Counted from the first letter of the stretch, positions 20,586 through 30,780 are shown. The stretch: 64,000 nt of DNA from Syntrophales bacterium (GCA_026417625.1 JAOACW010000005.1:64456-128455); one strand, 5' to 3'. The notes: generated from the sequence alone by a model not told the origin. Made by a program: numbers and translations.

Positions 20586-21293
20586 ATGGAAAAGATTCAC
20601 ATCATAAGAAAAACAAGGGACATTTTAGCTAAAAGCCAGCTTTTCGGGGGTTTGCCTCTTGAGCACATCGCGGAATTAGAGAAAATTGCAATCAGGAAAC
20701 AATACAAGAAAGGTGAAATTATTTTTCACGACGACGACGAGGGCACAGGATTCTACCTGATTGCCGAGGGACGTGTCAGCGTGTACAAGCTTTCCGCCGA
20801 TGGCAAGGAAAAGATTTTGCACATTTTAGAAGAAGGGGACACACTCGGTGTTGTGCCGGTGTTTTCTGGCAGATCCTTTCCTGCCAATGCAAGTGCAATC
20901 ACGAAGAGTTGTCTCTTGTTTTTCAATCGAACCGACTTCGTCCGCCTTATCTCGAACAAACCGAGTCTGGTCATGAATATGCTCGCTCTGTTTGCAGCGC
21001 GCCTGCGTGAATTCACCCTCCAGGTCGAAAACCTTGCACTAAAGGAAATTCCTGGCAGACTTGCCTCCTACCTTCTTTACCTTGCACAAGAACAGGGCAA
21101 TGGGAATCTCGTTCAATTGAATATTTCCAAAACCCAACTCGCCAATCTGTTGGGTACCGGTCCGGAATCTCTCTCCCGTGTTCTGGGTAATTTAAAAAAG
21201 AGAAAGCTTATCGCGGAAAAAGGAAACATCATTCAGCTTCTGGATTTAGATGCTCTTCGGGAACTGGCCGAGGGGGGAAAGATTTATCGGTGA
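20586..21293 (+). CDS. Crp/Fnr-family transcriptional regulator (HcpR-like)
   Basis: cNMP-binding-like beta-roll followed by a C-terminal HTH (ISKTQLANLLGTGPESLSRVL). Divergent from hcp. ATG at 20586 is preferred because the track's TTG at 20556 lies inside the predicted operator. Confidence 0.8.
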   Translation: MEKIHIIRKTRDILAKSQLFGGLPLEHIAELEKIAIRKQYKKGEIIFHDDDEGTGFYLIAEGRVSVYKLSADGKEKILHILEEGDTLGVVPVFSGRSFPANASAITKSCLLFFNRTDFVRLISNKPSLVMNMLALFAARLREFTLQVENLALKEIPGRLASYLLYLAQEQGNGNLVQLNISKTQLANLLGTGPESLSRVLGNLKKRKLIAEKGNIIQLLDLDALRELAEGGKIYR

Positions 21294-21507
21294 ATTGTTT
21301 AGCTACAATCCAAAGATACAGAGAAAAGGGAATGCCACAATCACCGGGGGTGACCACATCTCACGGACCGTAATAAAAATAAAACTTTGATTTCAGCAGA
21401 AATAAACCAAACAAAAAAAGTACTTCCTTCAGAAATCCGTTTTGACATGTTGGCCCAGCCGTTGTAGCGTATTATTTCGAACTGCGTAAACTATATGGGG
21501 AAGAAAT

Positions 21508-22482
21508 ATGCTAACGCGAATAAAAGATGGTCTCTATATGATTAAATTGCCTATGCCTTTCCGTGAGGGATATGTAAACGTTTTTGTTTATCAGCACAAA
21601 CATGGGATTGTCCTGTTTGATTCAGGTGTTGATTCGGATGAGTGTTTTGCTGAGCTAGAAGACGGTTTAGGTGAAATAGGAGCATCCATAGAAGATGTTA
21701 GGGAAATATACCTGAGTCATTTTCACGTGGACCATAGCGGTCTGGCTGGTCGTATTAAAGCTCTCTCAGGTGCAAAGGTTTTCATTTCCCAGGAGGATGC
21801 ATTAAGACTGAAAAGGTTTTATTTCACTAGCGATGGAGAGAGACTCATCGACCGGTTTTACATGCAACATGGCGTTTCTGGAGGTCTTGTTGAAAGTATT
21901 AAGAGGATGCTCAATTTTTTGAGAAAGAAGATTTGCGTATTTGAAGTGGATGTTTACCTATTGCCGAACAACATACATGTTATTGGAGAAGAAGAGTTAG
22001 AAATATTACCTGCACCTGGTCACACGCGGGGGCAGGTCTGCTTTTTCTTCAAAAGGTTGGGTATACTTCTTTCATGTGATCACATTTTGCCTGACATAAC
22101 CCCCAATCTTAGCCCTGATATCGCTCATCCTGAGTTTCGACCATTGCACAGCTTTGTAAATTCCCTCACGGCTATGAGAGATCTTCCTGTATCGATGATT
22201 TACCCATCTCATGGCGAACCTTTTTCTTCTTTAAATCGACGCATTGATGAAATAATAGTCCACCACAGGGAAAGAAGGGAGATAATCCTTAACACATTAA
22301 ATTCGGGCCCCAAAACAGCATACCAGATATCTCTCGATGTGTTTGGAGAAGATTTATCCGAGTTTGACCGTTTCCTTGCGGTTAATGAAATTATAACCCA
22401 CGTGATGGAATTAGAATTTGAAGGTAAAATTCTTAAGGAATCGAGGAACGGGGTTTATTTTTTCGTAAAAGAAGGTAAGTAG
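21508..22482 (+). CDS. MBL-fold metallo-hydrolase
   Basis: HFHVDHSG (HxHxDH) motif and downstream His/Asp ligands (PGHTRG, CDHIL, SHG). Confidence 0.8.
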   Translation: MLTRIKDGLYMIKLPMPFREGYVNVFVYQHKHGIVLFDSGVDSDECFAELEDGLGEIGASIEDVREIYLSHFHVDHSGLAGRIKALSGAKVFISQEDALRLKRFYFTSDGERLIDRFYMQHGVSGGLVESIKRMLNFLRKKICVFEVDVYLLPNNIHVIGEEELEILPAPGHTRGQVCFFFKRLGILLSCDHILPDITPNLSPDIAHPEFRPLHSFVNSLTAMRDLPVSMIYPSHGEPFSSLNRRIDEIIVHHRERREIILNTLNSGPKTAYQISLDVFGEDLSEFDRFLAVNEIITHVMELEFEGKILKESRNGVYFFVKEGK

Positions 22483-23655
22483 TTATAAAATTCGCCTGAT
22501 GAGAGCCACTGTTTCAATATGGGCAGTCTGAGGAAACATATCTAGAGGTCTTATTGTTTCCAAAGTATAGCCGTGTGAGACCAAAAATCGACAGTCTCTC
22601 GCCTGCGTAGCTGGGTTGCACGACACATATACAATTCTCCTCGGTGATATGTCTACAATGGTTTGTAAAATGTCCTTGCGACATCCAGGGCGGGGAGGAT
22701 CGAGCACAATTACATCAGGTACTTCGTTTGTACCGTTAAACAATGCCTTTAGTATTTCACCCACATCTCCTTTTATGGAGAAAGCGTTGTTAAGATTTGA
22801 GCGGGAAAAATTGAATCCCGCACAGTTGGACGCCTTTTCATCAACTTCGATGGAGTAAACTTTTCCAGAAATAGGAGCCAAAAAAAGGGCAAATAATCCA
22901 GACCCCCCGTACGCGTCTACCACTAGTTCATTACCCTTAAGGTCACAGAATTCAATAACCGAAGTTACAAGCTTATCGACGAGAAAGAGATTCGCTTGAA
23001 AAAATCCCGTGTGGGGCACTACGATCTCTTTGCCCCCAACCCATCTTGTTATGACATCATCCACGTTATCATTGTGAGACCATACGGCAATCTTTTGAAA
23101 GGGTCTGTTCACTTTTACAGTATCTGTTTTTTTTCGTATTCTTTTCAACGTGTCATTGATTGTTTCGTGGGCTATGAGGCAGCTTTCAATTTCCACAACC
23201 TCATGGCTACTAGGTTTTAGCAATCCTATGTGTACTTCCTTGGAATTTGAACGTAAAAAAAATTCCATCTTCCCTCTCCAGTGGAATGGTTTAGGGGATG
23301 GCAAAAATTCTTCAACCGGTGGTGAATTGAACCTCCCAATTCTTCTAAATACCTCAACTACCTGTTCTTTTTTAATTTCTATCTGTTTCTCGTATGGGAT
23401 GTGTTGGTAGCAACATCCGCCACATACGGTGAAATAGGGGCAGGGAGGTAAAACACGAATGGGTGAAGGGTTAGTTATGTTGGCTATCTCTGCCCGTATA
23501 TAATGTTTTTTAACTTCGGTGACCTTTGCTGTAAGTTCATCCTCTGGTGCAGTGAAAGGCACGAATGTTACTATGTTTTCCCATCTTCCTACACCTTCGC
23601 CACCGTAAGCGATTCTTTCTATTTTTAAGTTTAGAAGGTCTTCCAGTGATGGCAT
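22483..23655 (-). CDS. rlmD: 23S rRNA (uracil-5-)-methyltransferase, RlmD/RumA family (TRAM plus SAM-MTase)
   Basis: TRAM domain (IERIAYGGEGVGRW...), Fe-S Cys cluster (CPYFTVCGGCCYQH), SAM motif (VVDAYGGSGLFALFLA) and catalytic YVSCNP. ATG at 23655 has SD GAGGA; the ATG at 23715 has none. Confidence 0.8.
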   Translation of the reverse strand: MPSLEDLLNLKIERIAYGGEGVGRWENIVTFVPFTAPEDELTAKVTEVKKHYIRAEIANITNPSPIRVLPPCPYFTVCGGCCYQHIPYEKQIEIKKEQVVEVFRRIGRFNSPPVEEFLPSPKPFHWRGKMEFFLRSNSKEVHIGLLKPSSHEVVEIESCLIAHETINDTLKRIRKKTDTVKVNRPFQKIAVWSHNDNVDDVITRWVGGKEIVVPHTGFFQANLFLVDKLVTSVIEFCDLKGNELVVDAYGGSGLFALFLAPISGKVYSIEVDEKASNCAGFNFSRSNLNNAFSIKGDVGEILKALFNGTNEVPDVIVLDPPRPGCRKDILQTIVDISPRRIVYVSCNPATQARDCRFLVSHGYTLETIRPLDMFPQTAHIETVALIRRIL

Positions 23656-23771
23656 CGACTTTTCCTCGCTTTTCCGGGGACATTCAGTCCTCGTAAAGGT
23701 CTGTCTAGGATGCATTTTAAACCCGTTTGTGTTAATGTAACAACACTTTTTGGTAGGAGGATTTCTAAAGT

Positions 23772-24218
23772 ATGAGGGTTAGAGTATCGGCAGTTTTTGA
23801 GCAGGCTGGGGAAATACTGTGTATGAGGTATATATACGGCGGGAAAGATGTGTACGCTCTTCCTGGCGGTGGGGTGGACCGGGATGTGCCTTTCAGAGAA
23901 GCTATAGTGGCGGAATGGAAGAACGAATTGGGTGTCAAGCTTAAGGTGGGTAATGTCATTCTTTTAGGTGAAGCTCCTGCCTCAAAGAGATATCCCCAGA
24001 CACTCCATGTTATTTTTGAGGCGTTGGAGGTTCATGGGACTCCTAAGGTAAGGTCAGAGCACACGAGTTCTTTGGATGTAAAATGGTTGCCTGTAAAGGA
24101 TTTAGACAAATATCCCCTGTATCCCGATGTAGGGAAATATTTGAAGCGTTTACTTATGGACACACCCAGGATCACCATTCCCTTCATAGACAACTGTATG
24201 GAGAGAGGGTTCTGGTGA
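23772..24218 (+). CDS. NUDIX hydrolase
   Basis: Nudix box GGGVDRDVPFREAIVAEWKNELGV (G-x5-E-x7-REUxEExGU-like). The stop is 1 nt before the larE start. Confidence 0.8.
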   Translation: MRVRVSAVFEQAGEILCMRYIYGGKDVYALPGGGVDRDVPFREAIVAEWKNELGVKLKVGNVILLGEAPASKRYPQTLHVIFEALEVHGTPKVRSEHTSSLDVKWLPVKDLDKYPLYPDVGKYLKRLLMDTPRITIPFIDNCMERGFW

Positions 24219-24219
24219 G

Positions 24220-25011
24220 ATGGAGCCGGTTTTAGAGAAGTTCGCGAAATTAAAACAGTGGTTATCTGACCTCGGAGAGGTTGCCATAGCCTTCTCAGGA
24301 GGTGTGGATAGCTTTTTTTTGCTCACCGCCTCAAAGGAGAGTGCTTTGAGTAGAGTTGTTGCGGTGACAATGGTCACTCCTTTCTTTCCCAAGAGAGAAA
24401 GGATGGAAACAGTAAAATTGACCAAAATGCTCGATGTTGAGCACGTAATTTTGGAAAAGAAATCCTTTATGGATTCGGTAATTTTAAAGAACCCTGAGAA
24501 TCGTTGCTATCTCTGCAAAAAGGAGCTATTTGGAGAACTTAAGGATTTCGTAAGAAGAGACTTGGGGATAGAACACGTAGCGGAGGGCACCAATTACGAT
24601 GATATTTACGGTGAAAGACCTGGGATGAAAGCAATCAGGGAGCTTGGTATTTTGTCTCCTTTACTTGAGTTGAAATTTCAAAAAGAGGAGATACGTCGTG
24701 TTCTTTTTCTCTTAGGAATGCCTAATTACGAGAAGCAGCCCTATTCGTGTCTGGCTACGCGTATCCCTTACGGCGAACAGATAACGAGTGAATTGCTAAC
24801 CAGGATAGAGAAAGCTGAGGATTATTTATTCGGAAAAGGTTTTTCCCAGGTTCGGGTAAGGATTCACGGTGATTTAGCTCGGATTGAGGTTTCGCCGGAG
24901 GAGCGAGCCATTTTCTTTGATGTAGTTTTTATGGATGAAGTTTCCAGGTATCTTAAAGGTTTGGGGTTTAAACACGTTGCCCTCGATCTTGAGGGTTACG
25001 GGAGAAAGTAA
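24220..25011 (+). CDS. larE: LarE-type PP-loop ATP-dependent sulfur transferase (nickel-pincer cofactor biosynthesis)
   Basis: PP-loop AFSGGVDS, the CLATRIPYG segment, and a CxxC (RCYLCKK). Sits directly upstream of larB and larC. Confidence 0.8.
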   Translation: MEPVLEKFAKLKQWLSDLGEVAIAFSGGVDSFFLLTASKESALSRVVAVTMVTPFFPKRERMETVKLTKMLDVEHVILEKKSFMDSVILKNPENRCYLCKKELFGELKDFVRRDLGIEHVAEGTNYDDIYGERPGMKAIRELGILSPLLELKFQKEEIRRVLFLLGMPNYEKQPYSCLATRIPYGEQITSELLTRIEKAEDYLFGKGFSQVRVRIHGDLARIEVSPEERAIFFDVVFMDEVSRYLKGLGFKHVALDLEGYGRK

Positions 25012-25023
25012 GGCTTTGGAGCC

Positions 25024-25779
25024 ATGAGAGAGGAACTTGTTAAAATTCTAAATGACGTAAAGGATGGCAAACTAGATGTGCACGAGGCGTTGGATAAATT
25101 GAGGTTGTTGCCTTACGATGACCTGTTTTTTGCGAAGGTGGATCATCATCGGGCATTGAGGAAGGGTGTTCCTGAGGTTATATACTGTCCGGGGAAAACG
25201 GATGATCAGCTTTTAAAAATATCTCGAAGTATATGGGAAAGCGGGACATCGGTCATCGGTACCAGATGTACTCCCGCTCAGTTTGATGTTCTTGCAAGGG
25301 AGTTTAAAGAGGCGAAGTATTACGAAGAAGCCCGTATTTTTTTCATTCCGAGAGGAAATGTAGCCAAAAGCAGAAGTAAAGTCACTGTTATTACGGCTGG
25401 CACATCTGATATCCCCGTTGCTGAGGAAGCGGCAATTGCATCGGAATGCATGGGGTTGAGTGTGCAAAGAATCTACGACGTAGGTGTTGCAGGTATCCAT
25501 AGACTCTTCCCATACATTGAGCAAATGAATAGTTCTGCAGTGATCATCGTTGTTGCTGGAATGGAGGGGGCTTTACCAGGGATTGTAGCAGGGTTTACAG
25601 ACAAACCCGTGATTGCTGTGCCAACTAGTGTGGGGTACGGTGCCCAAATTGGAGGATTTTCAGCATTGCTAACCATGCTGAATTGCTGTGCCGGAGGCGT
25701 GGCCGTCGTAAACATAGACAATGGGTTTGGTGCTGCTTATTTTGCCTACACAATAATCAATCAGATTGATAGAGGTTAA
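25024..25779 (+). CDS. larB: LarB, pyridinium-3,5-biscarboxylic acid mononucleotide synthase (PurE-like)
   Basis: DHHRALRKGVPEVIYCPGKT followed by a PurE-like Gly-rich core (VITAGTSD, VVAGMEGALPG). Confidence 0.85.
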   Translation: MREELVKILNDVKDGKLDVHEALDKLRLLPYDDLFFAKVDHHRALRKGVPEVIYCPGKTDDQLLKISRSIWESGTSVIGTRCTPAQFDVLAREFKEAKYYEEARIFFIPRGNVAKSRSKVTVITAGTSDIPVAEEAAIASECMGLSVQRIYDVGVAGIHRLFPYIEQMNSSAVIIVVAGMEGALPGIVAGFTDKPVIAVPTSVGYGAQIGGFSALLTMLNCCAGGVAVVNIDNGFGAAYFAYTIINQIDRG

Positions 25780-25781
25780 CT

Positions 25782-26972
25782 ATGAATTATGGCGGCGCGA
25801 GTATTCTATACTTTGACTGTTTTTCTGGTATCAGCGGTGACATGGCAGTGGCAGCTCTTCTCGACATGGGTATCGATATAGAGGATTTCAAGAAGCAGCT
25901 TAAAGGTTTAAATCTATTAGACTTTGACATAGAGATAAAGAAAACAAAAAGGGGTGGAATTAGATGTTCGCAATTCATTGTTCATGTGGACGAAAAAAAG
26001 AATCAATCTAGGTCTTTAGGAGAGATCAAAAACATTATAGAGACGTCTAACTTCGATGAAAACGTCAAGGGATTGAGTTTGAGGATATTTGACAATCTTG
26101 CGGAAGCTGAATCTTCCATCCACGGCGTAAGTTTAGAGGACTCTCACTTTCATGAACTAGGAAGTGTTGATTCTATCGTAGATATCGTCTCTTTTTCTAT
26201 CTGTTTTACCATGATAAAACCTAGTTATGTGTGGTCATCACCTGTAAATCTCGGTAGCGGTACCGTTTCGTGTGCCCATGGGATCTTGCCTGTTCCATCA
26301 CCCGCTGTGATTCGATTAGCGAAAGGAGCAATTCCCGTATATTCATCTGATCTTTCTTGCCATGAACTTGCGACACCTACTGGTATGGCTATTCTGAAAA
26401 CGGTGTGCCACAAGTACGGACCTATACCAGAATTGTTTATTGAACGTTTTGGGCATGGGGCAGGTAAGGGTGATTACGAGATCCCCAACTTTCTAAGGGT
26501 TTTATACGGGAAAGCCAAAGAAGTTGACAATGTTATCATTATAGAGACAAACATAGACGATATGAACCCTGAATTTTACGGTTTCATATATGATAAACTT
26601 TTCCAGGCAGGTGCTTTGGATGTCTACATTACACCTATATATATGAAGAAGCAGAGGCCGGCCCAGAAGCTCTCTGTTATCTGTCACTCAAAAGACGAGC
26701 ATGAGATTTCCCGCTTATTGTTTGTGGAGACTTCCACTCTAGGTTTGAGGAAATGGGCGTGCCAGCGAAATTTACTGGATCGAAAGATTGTTACTGTTAG
26801 AACGTCTGGAGGCGAAGTGGCCGTAAAAATTGCCTATGATAAAGGGACACCGATAAAGTTCAGTCCTGAATATGAGGACTGCCGAAGAGTTGCTCTATTA
26901 ACGGGGCGCCCCCTGAGGGACATTTACGAAGAGGTTATCGATTTGGCAAAGAAAATATCTAGTAAAAATTAA
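25782..26972 (+). CDS. larC: LarC, nickel insertion protein (DUF111)
   Basis: N-terminal YFDCFSGISGDM signature and the HFHE.GSVDSI motif. Confidence 0.85.
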   Translation: MNYGGASILYFDCFSGISGDMAVAALLDMGIDIEDFKKQLKGLNLLDFDIEIKKTKRGGIRCSQFIVHVDEKKNQSRSLGEIKNIIETSNFDENVKGLSLRIFDNLAEAESSIHGVSLEDSHFHELGSVDSIVDIVSFSICFTMIKPSYVWSSPVNLGSGTVSCAHGILPVPSPAVIRLAKGAIPVYSSDLSCHELATPTGMAILKTVCHKYGPIPELFIERFGHGAGKGDYEIPNFLRVLYGKAKEVDNVIIIETNIDDMNPEFYGFIYDKLFQAGALDVYITPIYMKKQRPAQKLSVICHSKDEHEISRLLFVETSTLGLRKWACQRNLLDRKIVTVRTSGGEVAVKIAYDKGTPIKFSPEYEDCRRVALLTGRPLRDIYEEVIDLAKKISSKN

Positions 26973-26976
26973 AGCT

Positions 26977-28362
26977 CTACTTGCCAATACAAAAGTTTGC
27001 AAAGATTTTATCAAGGATAGTGTCATCTACAGATTTTCCCGTAATTTCCTCAAGGGCGTTGAGTGCATCCCAGAGGTCAGCCGCTACTAGTTCAAGTGAC
27101 GCGTTCCAGATTATGTTGCTTGTCGCTTGGGAAAGAAAGAAAACTGCTTTGTCGATTGCCAATTTATGCCGCATGGAGGTTATTAACAAGTTTTCGCCCT
27201 CTGAAGCTTGGTCGATTTCGGAAGTAAAGAGTTTGTGGATTGTCTTTTTTAGATCCTCTATTCCTGTTCCATATTTTGCAGATATATAAAGTGGAGTTTT
27301 TCCACCGGTAAGATTGCGAATTGTGTCCTCCGAGATAACTATGGGAAGATCCACTTTGTTTATCGCCGGGATGTAAGATTTGCTACCCAACCTTTGTATG
27401 ATTCTTATGTCCTCATCCGTTACGGGTGTTGAACCATCGAAGAGTAAAATAACGACATCGGCTGTGGAAACTTTCTCCCAAACCAGTTCAATACCCTCCT
27501 TTTCAACTATATCATCAGTGTTTCTTATCCCAGCAGTGTCCGTTAGTTTTACAGGCAGACCTCCGATCTCGATTGTTTCTGCAATGAAATCCCTCGTGGT
27601 TCCAGGAATAGGTGTCACAATGGCCCGTTTCTCACCGAGTAAGTTGTTGAGAAGACTTGATTTTCCCACATTTGTCCTTCCAACGATAACTACCGAAACC
27701 CCTTGTCGATACATGCGCCCCTGTTTGTAGGAGGCACTGATTCTGTTCAATTTGCCCACAATGTCCTGTAGTTTTTCAACGAATTCCTCTTTTGGGAGAG
27801 GGGGTATTTCTTCATCTTCACTGAAATCCAGTACGGCTTCAGTATGGGCTAGCAAATTGCTCAATTCTTCCACAAAAGTTTTTATCTTTTTTCCAACCTC
27901 ACCACGGAGTTGTGTGAGAGCTAGATTAGCGGCCATTTTGGTTTCGGCGGTGATTAAATCGCATACGGCTTCCGCCTGCGAAAGATCCATACGACCGTTC
28001 AAGAAAGCTCTGCGTGTAAACTCACCCGGTTGTGCAAGCCGTGCTCCCGCTTTTAAAACAGCTTCCAACACACGTTGAGGTATAACCCATCCCCCGTGAC
28101 TGTGTATTTCAAAGACATCTTCTCCTGTGTACGAATGGGGTTTCCTCATGAGCACAGCTAGTACTTCGTCAATAATTTCGTTTGTTTCTTGATCTACCAC
28201 AAAACCCATGTGCAGGGTGTGGCTCCGCAGCTTAGTGAGGTTTCTGTGAGCACGAAAAACTGTATTCGCAATTTTTTCCGCCTCTGGTCCGCTTACACGT
28301 ATAACGGCTATTCCTCCAACCCCTTGCGGTGTTGCCAGTGCGGCTATTGTGTCCTCTTTCAC
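26977..28362 (-). CDS. mnmE: tRNA modification GTPase MnmE
   Basis: N-terminal DTIAALATP, G-domain GRTNVGKSSLLN / DTAG / NKVD, and C-terminal CIGK. Confidence 0.95.
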   Translation of the reverse strand: MKEDTIAALATPQGVGGIAVIRVSGPEAEKIANTVFRAHRNLTKLRSHTLHMGFVVDQETNEIIDEVLAVLMRKPHSYTGEDVFEIHSHGGWVIPQRVLEAVLKAGARLAQPGEFTRRAFLNGRMDLSQAEAVCDLITAETKMAANLALTQLRGEVGKKIKTFVEELSNLLAHTEAVLDFSEDEEIPPLPKEEFVEKLQDIVGKLNRISASYKQGRMYRQGVSVVIVGRTNVGKSSLLNNLLGEKRAIVTPIPGTTRDFIAETIEIGGLPVKLTDTAGIRNTDDIVEKEGIELVWEKVSTADVVILLFDGSTPVTDEDIRIIQRLGSKSYIPAINKVDLPIVISEDTIRNLTGGKTPLYISAKYGTGIEDLKKTIHKLFTSEIDQASEGENLLITSMRHKLAIDKAVFFLSQATSNIIWNASLELVAADLWDALNALEEITGKSVDDTILDKIFANFCIGK

Positions 28363-29153
28363 TTTTCCTCTTTTTTCTTCCTTGTTGTGTCTGTTTTCTT
28401 TTTCCTTACTCTTTTCCTAACAGGAAAAATCGTTATTTTTCGGTTTTCCCCTTCGCCTTCGCTTTTTGTTATCACGTGGGGATCATTACGCAGAGTCAGG
28501 TGAATGATCTGCCGTTCATGAGCTGTGAGATTCTCCAGAGTGACTGCTTTTCTGGTTTTCTTTACTTTTTTTCCAATACGTTGCGCTAGAGAAATCAGTT
28601 TCTCCTCTCTTTTTTTTCTGTATGATTCCGCATCAACTATGATTTTTTTGTTACCATTAGCTGATCGGTTTATGGCTTTGTTTAGAATGTACTCCAGGGC
28701 ATCCAGATTTCTGCCCCTTTTCCCAATTATTAGGCCTTCACCATCACCCATAATTGTAAGGCGAATAGTATCCTCTTTTTCCTCAACAGATACAGGCCAC
28801 GATAGTTGCATACGTTCCAAAATTCCTTCTAGTAGTTCCTTTGCTTTTGTAGAGAGGTTTTGATTATGCTCCGTGGTGGATTGGAGTGCACCACTCTCCG
28901 GTATTTGGGAGATTTCACTTGCCTCAATGCCCACTTTGCCAATTTCATCTATTTCAAGTTCCACGTCATTTATGTCTATATGCAGGAGAGAGGCCCTTAT
29001 CTTAGCTTTCTTTGATCCCAGACCAAGAAACCCTGGTGTTCCTTCAGAAAGAATTTCAATTTGCAGTTTTTCTCTAGGCATTTGAAACAACTCACACGCC
29101 TTTTCTATGGCTTCATCGATTGTTTTGGCTTCTATCTCTATTACCTCTCTCAT
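28359..29153 (-). CDS. jag: Jag/KhpB RNA-binding protein (Jag_N, KH, R3H)
   Basis: Jag N-domain (IEIEAKTIDEAIEKACE), KH-like GKRGRNLDALEYI, and R3H (LTAHERQIIHLTL). Downstream of yidC. Confidence 0.85.
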   Translation of the reverse strand: MREVIEIEAKTIDEAIEKACELFQMPREKLQIEILSEGTPGFLGLGSKKAKIRASLLHIDINDVELEIDEIGKVGIEASEISQIPESGALQSTTEHNQNLSTKAKELLEGILERMQLSWPVSVEEKEDTIRLTIMGDGEGLIIGKRGRNLDALEYILNKAINRSANGNKKIIVDAESYRKKREEKLISLAQRIGKKVKKTRKAVTLENLTAHERQIIHLTLRNDPHVITKSEGEGENRKITIFPVRKRVRKKKTDTTRKKKEEK

Positions 29154-29166
29154 TTGATTCTGTCCC

Positions 29167-30780
29167 TCACTTGAAACGCTTGTTTATGTAGTACTGTTGT
29201 CCAATACTCAGTATGTTGTTGAAGAGCCAATATATAACTAGTCCGGATGGGAAGTTGAGGAATAAGAATGTAAATATGACAGGCATCCATAACATTATCT
29301 TCTGCTGTGTTGGGTCGCCTCCCGTGGGTGTCATTTTCTGCTGCCACCACATAGTCGCTCCCATTATAACTGGTGTTATGTAATAGGGATCTTTATCTGA
29401 AAGATCCTTGATCCACAAGATAAAAGGAGAGTGACGCAGCTCAATGGCATACAGAAGGGTTTTGTATAGACCAAAAAAAACTGGTATCTGGATAAGGATA
29501 GGTAGGCAACCGCCCATGGGATTTATTTTGTGTGCCCTGTAGAGGGCCATTGTCTCCTGGGATAAGCGCTGCCGGTCGTTTTTGTACCTCTCTTGAAGTT
29601 CTTTCAGCTTAGGCTGAATTTTCTGCATTTCCTTCATAGATTCATAGCTCTTAGTTCCGAGAGGCCAGAAGATGATTTTTATAATGACGGTTAAAATGAT
29701 AATTGCTACCCCGTAATTGTGAACGTAACCGTAAAGGAATTTCAATGTGATGAGCAACGGCATAGCCAGCCACTTTAACCAGGAACCAAAGTCTATGGCT
29801 TCTTCGAGCTGTACCCCCTGGGCTTTCAATATGGAGTAGTCCTTGGGTCCGATGTATAAATTGTAAGGCACCGAAATGGCCTGACCGGGTGGTACTATGT
29901 TCTTGGGAGTAATAAGGGAAACATAAATAAGATTGTTGGAGTTTTTATGAAAAACTGCATTTGCTAAAGTGGGGTTACTGGGTATCATAGCGGCTATAAA
30001 ATACTTGCTCTCAAATCCACACCAGTTTATTCCTGGTCCGTGAATCTTGGTCTCTTCAAGCTTTTTTATTTCCTGTCTTTCGACATTTTTTATAGAATGT
30101 ACAATGGGGCCTTGGTGGGCATAGTCCTCTTTTTTCCCCTCTGGATCCGCAAATTGAATCCACGTTAATCCCACATCCTGCGTGAGAGGAGTGGATGACA
30201 GATTGGTTACTCGGACTTCAAGATCTATGTTGTATTGGCCAGGACGAAAGGTGAATAATTTCTCCACTTTAATAACACCTGGAATTTCTTTATAGAAGGA
30301 AAGTGTTCTTTCTTGGTCAAAAACTTTTATTTCGGAATCTACCCCTGTTTCAAAGGGGGTGTTTAGAGGAATGTCTATCCCGGAGTTGGGTAAAGATACT
30401 TGCAACGGTAAGGGCATACCCGATCTGACCTGAACCATTTCTACAAGGTCGGAATTTTCTGCCAGCGATTTTCTGTATTTTTTAAGCTGTAAAGACTTTA
30501 GCGCTCCGCCGTATGTTGTGAACACAGCTCTGTACAGGGGGGTATCCACCAGGATTTCTCGTTCCGAAATCTCTGGTTTTGAATATCTTAGGGAAGCTTG
30601 TGGCGATTCCTTTTTAACAGCGGTATCGGGGACAGCGGGTGTCCCTTTGATTACATTCTCTGCAGCATTTTTAGGCTGGGAGGTGACCTGCTTTTTGGCC
30701 GTCGTTTTTAGAAAGTATATTTGGTATACGGTGATGACTATCAAAGATAGTACAATGGCTAGTATTGTTCTTTTATCCAT
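29167..30780 (-). CDS. yidC: Membrane protein insertase YidC
   Basis: N-terminal TM, large periplasmic P1 domain and the conserved C-terminal 5-TM core (GGCLPILIQIPVFFGLY). Confidence 0.95.
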   Translation of the reverse strand: MDKRTILAIVLSLIVITVYQIYFLKTTAKKQVTSQPKNAAENVIKGTPAVPDTAVKKESPQASLRYSKPEISEREILVDTPLYRAVFTTYGGALKSLQLKKYRKSLAENSDLVEMVQVRSGMPLPLQVSLPNSGIDIPLNTPFETGVDSEIKVFDQERTLSFYKEIPGVIKVEKLFTFRPGQYNIDLEVRVTNLSSTPLTQDVGLTWIQFADPEGKKEDYAHQGPIVHSIKNVERQEIKKLEETKIHGPGINWCGFESKYFIAAMIPSNPTLANAVFHKNSNNLIYVSLITPKNIVPPGQAISVPYNLYIGPKDYSILKAQGVQLEEAIDFGSWLKWLAMPLLITLKFLYGYVHNYGVAIIILTVIIKIIFWPLGTKSYESMKEMQKIQPKLKELQERYKNDRQRLSQETMALYRAHKINPMGGCLPILIQIPVFFGLYKTLLYAIELRHSPFILWIKDLSDKDPYYITPVIMGATMWWQQKMTPTGGDPTQQKIMLWMPVIFTFLFLNFPSGLVIYWLFNNILSIGQQYYINKRFK

